DNA from: Candidatus Gottesmanbacteria bacterium
Lineage (GTDB): Bacteria > Patescibacteriota > Microgenomatia > UBA10105 > UBA927
DNA length: 64,000 nt
Assembly: GCA_963790805.1 (NCBI GenBank)
Contig: CAWBPL010000002.1
Coordinates: 696-64,695, forward strand
Direction of reading: 5' to 3'
The notes under the pieces: generated by a model
What the model saw: the letters and a program-made list of their open reading frames with translations, nothing else
Database searches by the model: none
Told to the model about the DNA's origin: nothing
Made by a program: the position numbers and the translations under genes
Shown: positions 1 through 8,587 of the stretch, one piece after another
Layout: the number at the start of each line of letters is the position of its first letter
Numbering within the stretch: the stretch's first letter is position 1

Positions 1-257
1 GAAAAGCTTAGAACGGTGGATACCCGAAGGGTACACATCCGTTCTTGCGTTTCCCAAAGGAATGCTGCGGCCACACGAAGACATTTACTGATTATTCAGC
101 GGCGTCCACCCATTGCATTTCAATCGGCGTTAACGGGCCGTTAATTTGCACTTCTCTCCTCCCCCACAAACCGGACGATGTAAAAAAGTGTTCCTTCAGG
201 TGAAATCGGATTTTCCGATATATACAGCCGCAAGCGGCGATGATCCGTCAATCGTTT

Positions 258-560
258 TTATAGCGGGGTTGTTCTTGCTCTATCTGTCTCGCTCGTTGTT
301 CCGGATTGCCCACGCTGGGAATTTCCCGCGGCGACCTGCAATTCAGCAATTGTTTTTGATATCCCGCTAACATCCCTGACTGATGTCACCAATTCAACTT
401 TTTTTGCCGATGGATACCCATTAAATCGAAGCACCCGCATATGATTTGGCGGAATTTCCTCTGGACTATCATGTTTAAACAAAAGCGTGGCATCCGCATT
501 AAACGAACGCCTATCCGTTAAAGGAACAGGATTGGTAAACGTATAGAGCTTTATTGCCAT
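258..560 (-). CDS. hypothetical protein (100 aa)
   Basis: ORF from the track. A TACAAT box on the minus strand (567-572) lies 6 nt upstream of the ATG. I recognise no motif. Confidence 0.35.
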   Translation of the reverse strand: MAIKLYTFTNPVPLTDRRSFNADATLLFKHDSPEEIPPNHMRVLRFNGYPSAKKVELVTSVRDVSGISKTIAELQVAAGNSQRGQSGTTSETDRARTTPL

Positions 561-635
561 ACGCGTATTGTAACCCTACAATACCCGAAAATAAAATGCG
601 TTCAGCGCCTGCATCCGTGACGTGTAACGTGTTCT

Positions 636-974
636 TTATTCCACCTCACTGTATCGCTTACCCGCAACCGAGGCCCGTATTTCCAAACATAAACCCCCTC
701 CGGCTATGTTATTGACACAACATTCCGGCTGATTTGGTAGCCCGTGCCAAACGCACAGCTTACCGTTTAAAAATATGCAATCTTCAGGCATGGTATATCC
801 CCCATCTGGTTGGAGAGTTAAAACAACTCCTCTTGCCGCAAACATACCGGCTTCTTGTTGGGTGAAATAGAATTCCACACGATAATTTGGGTGCTTTTTA
901 CAACAGAATGCTTTGCAATCCTTTAAACATTCAATTTGTCCCATAGAGGGCTCTATTATAACGCAAAAGCGCAT
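636..974 (-). CDS. YkgJ/UPF0153-like cysteine-cluster (Zn or Fe-S) protein
   Basis: N-terminal Cys cluster CLKDCKAFCC plus further C/CC residues downstream. The ~110 aa size is typical of the family. Confidence 0.5.
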   Translation of the reverse strand: MRFCVIIEPSMGQIECLKDCKAFCCKKHPNYRVEFYFTQQEAGMFAARGVVLTLQPDGGYTMPEDCIFLNGKLCVWHGLPNQPECCVNNIAGGGLCLEIRASVAGKRYSEVE

Positions 975-1186
975 TTTTTACGCTACGGCGACCAGTGGTT
1001 TTGTAGCGAGGCGGAAGCCCAAAAAGCGGGATTTATAAAAAAGTGAAATGCAAATAAGGTTTGCTAAATAGGAAGTATATCCTGAGTTTTATCGAAGGAC
1101 AAAATCGGAGGGAGAAAGTTTATACATAATTATTTTTGTACCTTTCTAAACAATTTCAATTTTTCTCCGGCGTGACGAGGTGGAGT

Positions 1187-3069
1187 TTATTTACTAGTAT
1201 CCATTCTTGTCCTCACAAATTTTTCTGTTTCCTTATCCACAAAATAGACATAACAGCCTTTAAGTGAACGACTAAGTAAAACTCTATATGTATTTTTTAC
1301 CATATCAAGAAATTTTACTTTATCTCTTTTAACCGTAGAATCAGAGGAATTCTCAGGGTGCCCTTCCCATTGATTTGTCTCGAAATTGTAAATGATGTCC
1401 TTTCCTACAATTACACCTACGTAATCAAATTCAAAGCCCTGCACAGTATAAATACTACCTATTTGATCTACGGCTCGAGGGTCATATGGCCAAAGTGAAG
1501 CCGGCGGGACACTTGGGGCTAATTTTCTGCCGGTTTCTTTACCTTCCCACGTCATTGCGAAATCTCCTATAACTACGTCTTTTACCAAAAATCCGTCTTC
1601 TTTTGGTTCACTCCACGGCCAACAAAATCCTGCAACTAGACGAGCGGAATTCGCCTCGAGATTGTTCTTTTCTTTTACTTTTTGGTAAAGTTCATATGGT
1701 GACTTCATTATCTGAAAATCAAAGTCTGTATTACTAGAATCCCAAATAGCTTGAGCAGTTTTCCTAATACCTAACGTGTTGTTTATCCACTGCACGAAGG
1801 TATCAGATCCCTGACATCGAAATTGAATTGCAAGATTATATTCATATAGATCACAGCCTAACCGAAGCGCATTTTCACGTATATAATTACTTGATCCTAT
1901 TTCTTTCGGGCTTATATTTTGACGATCATCAATAAAAAATACTGGCACTTTTGCTACGTTTATTAACTCCTCAATTTGAAATACTTTTGGATAATCAACT
2001 TTTTTCATATATCTAGTAATGCTTTTTTCTCTGATACGATGTGACTCATCTGCAACAAAGTACGTCAATTGTGTTTGGAGGAAGTTTGCTATAACTATTA
2101 AAATATTTAACTTGCGATTTTGCGATTGATCCTAAAGACTTTCTTAATGACTCAGTGAACGCTCTCGACCCTGTGGCGTACTGTGCATTTTTTCCTAAAC
2201 GGGATAATTCAGCTAATAGATTTATTGCTACAACAGATTTACCAGTTCCCGGACCTCCGTTTACGATTACTACGGTTTTTTTCTTATTCTGGGCACCGGA
2301 TTTTACTAAATTCACAACTCTATCAAATGCCAACAATTGGTCGTCTAATAATATATATCGCTTATTTTCCTTAACGACTTTAACAACTTCATCCAAAAGC
2401 CGTTTACTTGGACCATATTTACTCTCTTGTATTCTTTGTAATATAGGCATGCCATTTCCATTTTCTAGTTTCTGTCTGAGAAAATTACTTAATGCATTAA
2501 CATCTCTTTCGCAGTAGACAGGATATGATCTTAAATATGACGCATATTGTGCGGAGAATAACGCGTCTTCTTTAGTCGGTACGTAGTTATGTACGTACGC
2601 GCAAGCATGAAGCAAAACTGGATCTTTATCAAAAAAAGCTGCTCTGATTGTCTTCCAAATATAATTTATATTGTCCTACTTGGACTGACGGATGCAAAAC
2701 ATCTCTATTTGCGCCTCCAATCCAAGTGATTACATGCTCGCTAACCTGACTGGTTTGTGAAGCCTCCCATTGTTTGAGTTCTATAATAACGGCGTTGTCT
2801 CTGCCCTCATTGTCTCGCCCACAGATCATACAATCCAAGCGTTTTGAACTTAGTGGAAGTTGATACTCTAAAAAAATGCCATGATCTTTAAATCCCGAGT
2901 ATTCAAATACATCTTTTACTGCACGAAGTGAAGACCGCCACGATCTAATCTCGGAATCTGCTGGGTGAAATCCAAAGTATTCAAAAAATGCTTTATCTAG
3001 CTTTGTGGCAATCTCATTTTGAAGTGTATCTGAGACAAATTCCTGAAGCGAACCTGTATATAATTGCAT
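1187..3069 (-). pseudogene. DUF2075-family nuclease/P-loop ATPase (Schlafen-like helicase-related), broken by two frameshifts
   Basis: Three collinear ORFs (2629-3069, 2046-2615, 1187-2068) sum to ~628 aa. Motifs: PD-(D/E)xK-like D..IIELKQW, Walker A GGPGTGKS, VADESHRIR (DExH-like). Break 1 is at an A7 run (plus 2631-2637); removing one base reads SSFFDKDPVLLHACAY. Break 2 is near 2060 (IDV/FVADESH). Confidence 0.75.
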
Positions 3070-3072
3070 AAT

Positions 3073-3420
3073 TTATAATTCTGTGTACTTCTTGTGCGAT
3101 CCTTTAGCTTTTTCTATTGGATACTTTTTTTCTTGAATAATTAGTTTTTTCTCCATGGCTTCTTTTATATTAATGCCCAAATCATTGCTCATTAGAAGAA
3201 TCCAATAAAGAACATCTGCTAACTCTTCACCAATTTCGTGTTTGTGACTTTTTACATACACTTTCATTTCTTCAGGATTTTGCCATTGAAAATGTTCCAT
3301 CACCTCTGTAGCTTCTAAAACTAATGAAAGAGACATATCCTTGGGATTATGGAATTGTTTCCAATCACGTGAATCTCGAAATTTAGTGATCAATTTGGTT
3401 AGTTTTTTTATATCTGACAT
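3073..3420 (-). CDS. MazG-like nucleotide pyrophosphohydrolase
   Basis: 115 aa all-alpha protein with EATEVMEHFQW and IGEELADVLYWILLMSNDLGI, the EExxE/ExxD metal motifs of the MazG/dCTPase-like family. Confidence 0.8.
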   Translation of the reverse strand: MSDIKKLTKLITKFRDSRDWKQFHNPKDMSLSLVLEATEVMEHFQWQNPEEMKVYVKSHKHEIGEELADVLYWILLMSNDLGINIKEAMEKKLIIQEKKYPIEKAKGSHKKYTEL

Positions 3421-3467
3421 GTTAGATCAGCTCATGGTACTGCTAAATAGTAATGTTAGCAATCCTA

Positions 3468-4151
3468 TTACATTAACCCTTTTTCCTTAAAACTCATATA
3501 TCCCGACGAAGAAACTATAAAATGGTCTATAACAGGTATTCCTGTTAGTTCGCCGACCGATTGAAGGCGCTGTGTAAGTCTCAAATCTTCATCTGAAGCT
3601 TCCAAATCTCCGGAGGGATGATTATGTGCAATCATTATACGTGCGGCTAATAAGCGCACTGCTGGTTCAAACACCTCTCTCGGATGTACCAACGTTTCAT
3701 TAAGTGTACCTATCGAAATATCATTAATATGAATAAGATTGTTTTGAGAATCTAATAAAAGAACAATAAAATGCTCTTTCTTTTCTCTTCCAAGTTTTTC
3801 TCGAAGATAATCAGCAACTTTTTGAGACGAAGATAAAGAAATCTTAGTCGGCAATTTTTCTCTTGCATATCTCTCTGAAATAGCCTGAAAAAGCTTAATA
3901 CCAAAAGCGTTTGATGGTCCAATTCCCTTAATAGTTTGTAGCTCAACTAACGAAGCATCGAGAACACCTCTTAATCCTCTAAATTTTTGAATTGCCGCCT
4001 TAGCTATTTGTTTACAATCTTTACGTGGTGTGCCGAGAGTCAGTAAAAGCTCAATAATTTCGTAATCCAAAAATCCATCCAATCCCGACTGTAAAAATCT
4101 GTCTCTTAATCGTTTTCTATGACCAGCATTTTTATATAAATTCTTGGGCAT
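3468..4151 (-). CDS. radC: RadC-family JAB/MPN domain protein
   Basis: HhH-like N-terminus (GIGPSNA) and JAMM motif HNHPSGDLEASDED. I place the start at ATG 4151 (MPKNLYKN); the track uses TTG at 4163. Confidence 0.85.
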   Translation of the reverse strand: MPKNLYKNAGHRKRLRDRFLQSGLDGFLDYEIIELLLTLGTPRKDCKQIAKAAIQKFRGLRGVLDASLVELQTIKGIGPSNAFGIKLFQAISERYAREKLPTKISLSSSQKVADYLREKLGREKKEHFIVLLLDSQNNLIHINDISIGTLNETLVHPREVFEPAVRLLAARIMIAHNHPSGDLEASDEDLRLTQRLQSVGELTGIPVIDHFIVSSSGYMSFKEKGLM

Positions 4152-4163
4152 AAATACACTCAA

Positions 4164-4191
4164 ATTATACTCCCCTTGCCTGTGCAGGCAA
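4164..4191 (-). promoter_or_regulatory. sigma70-type promoter of radC (TTGCCT-N16-TATAAT) with embedded hairpin
   Basis: Minus strand reads cTTGCCTgcacaggcaaggggagTATAAT, then 12 nt to the ATG. The CTTGCC/GGCAAG stem lies between the boxes. Confidence 0.55.
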
Positions 4192-4923
4192 GCTCCCGCT
4201 TGAAAGACGAGCTAATATGGCTCTAAAAGAAGGACTTCCTAAATTTTTTTCGGACAGCGTGACATTAAGGCTGCTTCGCAGTTTTGCAATATTCGGATAA
4301 TTCCGCAGTTCGGGTACGTTTTCTAACCAGAAATGTTCCATACGCGTCATAACTACCCAAACGTTTTTTGCGAGTAATTGCCGCAGGAGAAAAAAAGTAT
4401 ATTGTTGCGACGGCGGTAAATATTCCGGATAGAGAAGTTTAATTGATCTGTACGGAAACATCTCCATATACATCAACCCGCTGGCGACAGCTTCCCAACC
4501 AACAATTTCTCGTAATTGTTTCGTCCGTTTCCAATACCAGCACGTCCCACTTCTGCCGTCTTTGTATGACCACTGGCGGTATTGCGGCATCATTGAATAT
4601 AGCGCCGGCCGCGGGGTATGGGTGAGATTCTGATAATCAAGCTCCAGCATATCTGCACATATAGACCATTGAAAGAAATCTCGGTCATAACCCGGATTTG
4701 CCTGAAGCACGACAACTTTTGCTGTAACGGGATTACCGTAGTACGGAAATGGAATAGCCTCCGTACGCAACCCGTGATTATCAATAATTTTTTTTATGGA
4801 GTCTTTATTGACCTTTCGGCGGACCTTTTTCTGTATTCGATTCTCATAGTCCGCCACCCATTGTTGATCAATATCTAATATATACGGCGCAACTTTCTTA
4901 AAATTAATCCACGGATTTTGCAT
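4165..4923 (-). CDS. hypothetical protein (252 aa), possible UDG-superfamily-like fold
   Basis: Long ORF with its own promoter. Weak resemblance to UDG motifs (KVVVLQANPG ... EMFPYRS). The stop codon lies inside the radC -10 box. Confidence 0.55.
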   Translation of the reverse strand: MQNPWINFKKVAPYILDIDQQWVADYENRIQKKVRRKVNKDSIKKIIDNHGLRTEAIPFPYYGNPVTAKVVVLQANPGYDRDFFQWSICADMLELDYQNLTHTPRPALYSMMPQYRQWSYKDGRSGTCWYWKRTKQLREIVGWEAVASGLMYMEMFPYRSIKLLYPEYLPPSQQYTFFLLRQLLAKNVWVVMTRMEHFWLENVPELRNYPNIAKLRSSLNVTLSEKNLGSPSFRAILARLSSGSLPAQARGV

Positions 4924-4929
4924 ACCGAT

Positions 4930-4957
4930 ACTATACTCCCCCTGCCGGTACGGGCAA
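4930..4957 (-). promoter_or_regulatory. duplicated promoter copy (TTGCCC-N16-TATAGT), 6 nt from the ATG at 4923
   Basis: Plus 4932-4966 is a near copy of plus 4166-4200 (tatactcccc..tgcc..ggcaagctccc). Confidence 0.55.
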
Positions 4958-5005
4958 GCTCCCCCTCCGTTTTAGCTTCAAATAGTAGGTTAATAGCCTA
5001 TAAAA

Positions 5006-5014
5006 TGGTACAAT
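5006..5014 (+). promoter_or_regulatory. extended -10 element TGgTACAAT
   Basis: Ends 10 nt before ATG 5025. The ATG at 5013 lies inside the box and so is unlikely to be the start. Confidence 0.45.
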
Positions 5015-5024
5015 GCGTATATAC

Positions 5025-5381
5025 ATGAGAAACTTTGGGAGAGACCATAAATTCGGCGGACGGCAGGACTTTGGCAAACGAAGGTTTGGCAGAGACGATG
5101 AACGCGGCCATGACAAACCCGTCATGCACCAAGCAGTTTGCAGCAAATGCGGAAAAGATTGCGAAGTTCCTTTTCGGCCCAGCGGCACCAAACCCGTGCT
5201 TTGCCGTGATTGTTTTAGGGCAGAAGGCGGCGGCGAATCCGGCTTTAAACGAAATAGTTTTGGGAGACCCAATCCCCCCATCCGGCTTCCCGATCCCCGA
5301 CCGGTTCAAAAAGAACTCGAGAAAGTAAATGAAAAACTGGATAGAATCCTTAAACTTCTGGAGCCTCCGGCAGAAAAATAA
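5025..5381 (+). CDS. CxxC-x17-CxxC zinc-ribbon protein with Arg/Gly-rich N-terminus
   Basis: CSKC, then 17 residues (GKDCEVPFRPSGTKPVL), then CRDC. The N-terminus is RNFGRDHKFGGRQDFGKRRFGRDDERG. Confidence 0.75.
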   Translation: MRNFGRDHKFGGRQDFGKRRFGRDDERGHDKPVMHQAVCSKCGKDCEVPFRPSGTKPVLCRDCFRAEGGGESGFKRNSFGRPNPPIRLPDPRPVQKELEKVNEKLDRILKLLEPPAEK

Positions 5382-5446
5382 TCCGGCCCCTCTCGACCAA
5401 CAATCCCCTGCTTATGCAGAGGATTGAAGTATAAAACGTTATCCGC

Positions 5447-6145
5447 TTACAAAATGTTTCCCGATGATCCCTCAAATGCGTTAATCCATGTCCCGTGCCC
5501 GCTGGCGGTATAAATCCAACCCCACCACGGCTGTGCGAAACCCGTATAACTCGGTCCAAAGTACTGCCCAATCCAATCGACGCGGCCCGCACCGCAAACT
5601 CCGGCTAAATTACAATCGTAATTAAACGTTCCGACATTTCCGGTTTTCGGCCATAACGTCGTTGAAAGAAGTGTCCCGTTAAATGTCGCTCTGTATCCGC
5701 CGTGCATTTCTCCCTCTACATCCGATCCGATAATTCCCGTTCCGGCCGGACCCGTCTGTTTGTAGAATGCATTGAAGTGCCCGTTGTCATACAAAACAAT
5801 CGCGCACCACGACGTATCTCCTGTTGACCACGCCTGTATATGGCGCGTGTACCCTTCGACGTTCCAGTAATTTCCTACAGGACTTGGAAAATAGACATTT
5901 GCTCCGAATCCGGAATCCGTATCGTTTTGCACTCTTTGCGTAATGTCGATAACCGGCTTGCCTAATTTGTCTCCGCAAGCTGATTTTGATAACTGGTTAT
6001 CCGGATTAAAATTACCGTTAAAATGTCTGCCGTTATCTCTGTGTCCGAAATTCGGCCAGTCAAATGCAAATACTTTTGAAGAATAGGAAGCAAACGCGAC
6101 AACTACTAAAGAAATAAGTGAAAGAGCTAAAAGAATCTTTTTCAT
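5447..6145 (-). CDS. secreted hypothetical protein (Trp/Gly-rich)
   Basis: Signal peptide MKKILLALSLISLVVVAFASYSSKVFA. AGGAGGTG lies 7 nt upstream of the ATG. Confidence 0.7.
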   Translation of the reverse strand: MKKILLALSLISLVVVAFASYSSKVFAFDWPNFGHRDNGRHFNGNFNPDNQLSKSACGDKLGKPVIDITQRVQNDTDSGFGANVYFPSPVGNYWNVEGYTRHIQAWSTGDTSWCAIVLYDNGHFNAFYKQTGPAGTGIIGSDVEGEMHGGYRATFNGTLLSTTLWPKTGNVGTFNYDCNLAGVCGAGRVDWIGQYFGPSYTGFAQPWWGWIYTASGHGTWINAFEGSSGNIL

Positions 6146-6216
6146 TTCATTTCACCTCCTTTCTTACCCCTCACATTACTCCGAATAGAAATAAGAATCC
6201 AGTAGCGATTTTAGGC

Positions 6217-6245
6217 TTGCATTTATCCTTTTCGTGTGCTATTTT
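6217..6245 (+). promoter_or_regulatory. promoter TTGCAT-N17-TATTTT
   Basis: The -10 box ends 8 nt before ATG 6254. Confidence 0.4.
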
Positions 6246-6253
6246 TTGGGTAT

Positions 6254-6916
6254 ATGAATAAAAAAATCGGTGCTCTTATCGTAATAGTAGTTCTCCTTCT
6301 TCTTGGCGGCGGGGCGTACGTCATGATGAATAAATCAAAAACGGCTCCGGCAGCAATGGTGCCTGCAACGACTCCTTCAGGAAATACAGAAACAGCCTCT
6401 CAGGTCAAAGGCACACTTAAAAGCCTTATAACCAGTGCGGTTCCGCAAACCTGTTCGTTCACCAACGATCAGGGCGCGAGCGGATCAGTTTTTGTCTCCG
6501 GCGGAAAGATGCGCGGAGATTTCAGCTCGACCAGTAACGGGAAGACATTTTCCGGCCACATGATTATCGACAACGGGTACAGCTATCTCTGGTCGGATGC
6601 GATGCAACGCGGAATGAAAATGGCCCTGAACGCTGTCGAAACGACCACAGCGCCAGCCCAAGGCGGCATGGACGTCAACCAGCAGGTATCCTATTCCTGC
6701 AAACCATGGATACCGGATGCGTCAAAGTTTGCACTTCCTGCTAACGTTACGTTTACGACATTCACCATGCCGAATGCAGCAGCTCCAAGCGGAGTTATGC
6801 CGACCGGAACATCAACGAATGGCGCAAGTGCGCCGTCAGCAGCATGCAGCGCATGTGACAATTTGCCGGCAGGTCCTGCTCAAACCGCCTGCAGAACGCA
6901 GCTTCACTGCCAGTAA
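6254..6916 (+). CDS. membrane-anchored exported hypothetical protein
   Basis: N-terminal TM MNKKIGALIVIVVLLLLGGGAYV and a Cys-containing C-terminus. An alternative GTG start is at 6236. Confidence 0.65.
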   Translation: MNKKIGALIVIVVLLLLGGGAYVMMNKSKTAPAAMVPATTPSGNTETASQVKGTLKSLITSAVPQTCSFTNDQGASGSVFVSGGKMRGDFSSTSNGKTFSGHMIIDNGYSYLWSDAMQRGMKMALNAVETTTAPAQGGMDVNQQVSYSCKPWIPDASKFALPANVTFTTFTMPNAAAPSGVMPTGTSTNGASAPSAACSACDNLPAGPAQTACRTQLHCQ

Positions 6917-7023
6917 GCGGGAAGCTTCCTCTTTTGGCAATATCTTGTGCCTGAATATGGCCTGATTACCATCAGGTAGCCTTCAGCTATTTATAAGCTC
7001 CATTTGCTATAATATAAGTCCTT

Positions 7024-7692
7024 ATGGAAAAGATTCCGGAGGAAAAGATTAACCCAAACCCGCAATCCGTCAAGCCGTCCGTCATAGACCGGATACGGAA
7101 CTGGTACCGCGCGCTGCCGGATAAAAAACAATATCTGGAATTTATAACAGCCCTTCTTACTATTCCGGTACTGCTCACCGTACTCATCAGCAATGTTTCC
7201 AATCTGCAAAACCAGAAACGAGCTGCTCAATCGACTGCTTCTCCCACACCCGTTATCGAAAAAATCGTGGTTACCCAACCTTCGACAACAAACCAGACAT
7301 CCGTTCAGTCAACGACACCAACGCCGACGCCCACAGCAACCCCGTCGCCTACACCGGGACCGCAGTGCGTACAACAGGTCGGACCAATTACGATCACCTA
7401 CCCGACTGAGGGATCAACCGTCAGCGAAAATCCGGTGTGCCTCATCATCACCCGCCAAAGCCAGAATTATTGCTCCGTTGTCTGGTCCTATCGCATAAAC
7501 GGCGGCGCATGGAGCGACTACACGAATAATTCAATCTGCATGTACGGCCTCACGCCCGGCGTGAAAAATCTGGATCTTCAGGTCAACAGCATTGTCGGAA
7601 ATGACAGCACTATGCTTTCACGCACGTTCACCGTCGCGGGCTCAACGCCCACGCCGACTCCTGCAACATCATCGGCAACACTCAGTAATTAA
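7024..7692 (+). CDS. membrane-anchored protein with Pro/Thr linkers
   Basis: TM LEFITALLTIPVLLTVLISNV, PT tracts (TPTPTPTATPSPTP; STPTPTPA) and an Ig-like-sized globular part. Confidence 0.65.
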   Translation: MEKIPEEKINPNPQSVKPSVIDRIRNWYRALPDKKQYLEFITALLTIPVLLTVLISNVSNLQNQKRAAQSTASPTPVIEKIVVTQPSTTNQTSVQSTTPTPTPTATPSPTPGPQCVQQVGPITITYPTEGSTVSENPVCLIITRQSQNYCSVVWSYRINGGAWSDYTNNSICMYGLTPGVKNLDLQVNSIVGNDSTMLSRTFTVAGSTPTPTPATSSATLSN

Positions 7693-7736
7693 ATTCTTGC
7701 TCCTTACGAGTGGAAAAGGTGTGATAGAATGGTGCG

Positions 7737-8558
7737 GTGACACAAAGAATACGTAAAACCATCTTCGCTCTTGCAATATTTTTTCTCTCCCCTCTCATTG
7801 CACAATCCGTCTATGCATCGGTCGTAATCAACGAAATACTTCCCAAAACTACGGATGTTACGAATGAATGGATCGAGTTATACAACACCGGATCCGATCC
7901 GGTAAACCTCAATACATGGACGCTGCAAAACACTCAAGGTACGCCGAAAACGTTTATCATACCGGCAAGCGGTATCATACAGTCTCACGGATTTTTACTC
8001 TTTGGTGAAACGCAAACGGGCATCCAGTTCAATCCGAACGGTGATACGGTAAAGCTATCGGACGCCAACAATGTAACGGTCGACACCGAAAGCTTTGACG
8101 GAACGCTCGGATTTAACACGTCAATGGGCAGGATCCCCGACGGAGCAGCTAACTGGGTTGTCTGCAATACCCCTGCAACCCCCAACGCTGCAAATAATTG
8201 TCCGATCCCAAGCCCGACGCCCACGCCAACTGTCACAAATACGCCGACTCCCACGACAAGCGATACACCCTATATACCTCCGGCTCCTCCTTCCGACAAC
8301 GCAACTCCCACCTCGCTGCCGCCCGTTCTCGGCGCAATGTATACGCCAAGCCCGACGCCCACGCCCACCATGTCTCCGGATGATCTAGTGAACGTGGAAA
8401 TCCCGAAAACCATCCATATAACCAAAACTATAGCAATCGAAACCATTATTGTTCTTGGGGTGTGGATATTACTTGCGATCGTAGCAATTGCAAACAGAAA
8501 CTCGAATCGACGACGCAAACAGAAGCCTCTTTCACCGCCGACCACAGGGATATCATGA
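7737..8558 (+). CDS. lamin tail domain (LTD) protein with PT linker and C-terminal TM anchor
   Basis: VVINEILPKT..NEWIELYNTG..VNLNTWTLQN is the LTD signature. Also has a signal peptide, long P/T region and TM IAIETIIVLGVWILLAIVAIA. Confidence 0.8.
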   Translation: MTQRIRKTIFALAIFFLSPLIAQSVYASVVINEILPKTTDVTNEWIELYNTGSDPVNLNTWTLQNTQGTPKTFIIPASGIIQSHGFLLFGETQTGIQFNPNGDTVKLSDANNVTVDTESFDGTLGFNTSMGRIPDGAANWVVCNTPATPNAANNCPIPSPTPTPTVTNTPTPTTSDTPYIPPAPPSDNATPTSLPPVLGAMYTPSPTPTPTMSPDDLVNVEIPKTIHITKTIAIETIIVLGVWILLAIVAIANRNSNRRRKQKPLSPPTTGIS

Positions 8559-8587
8559 ATTTCAGATTCTTGTGATACAATTTCTCC

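Noticed and set aside
1-130. Imperfect hairpin GAACGG..ATACCC-GAAG-GGTA..CCGTTC at the extreme 5' end, considered as a structured RNA or terminator.
   Set aside because: The stem is imperfect and the upstream context is cut by the window edge, so I cannot tell what it belongs to.
130-144. 7-1-7 palindrome TTAACGG-G-CCGTTAA near the window start.
   Set aside because: It is too short and has no loop, so it cannot be a terminator. It has no flanking gene context. It is probably chance or a restriction-type site.
2626-2640. Possibility of an alternative genetic code (TGA read as sense) explaining the split DUF2075 gene.
   Set aside because: The TGA at 2629-2631 is followed directly by an in-frame TAA. 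Downstream homology is in a different frame, and all other long genes close normally under the standard code.
4931-5309. Two overlapping minus-strand ORFs (4931-5281, 4998-5309) opposite the CxxC-x17-CxxC gene.
   Set aside because: They have no motifs. Their C-terminal tail is simply the duplicated promoter element read as codons. The plus-strand gene has a clear domain and promoter.
6917-6945. GGGAAGCT(T/C)CC(C)TCTT motifs at 6919 and 38960, resembling the ggcaagctccc core of the duplicated promoter element.
   Set aside because: Only an 8-11 nt core is shared, an 8-mer occurrence is near chance expectation, and the contexts differ (downstream of genes). They may be weak terminator stems, but this is not supportable as a repeat family.
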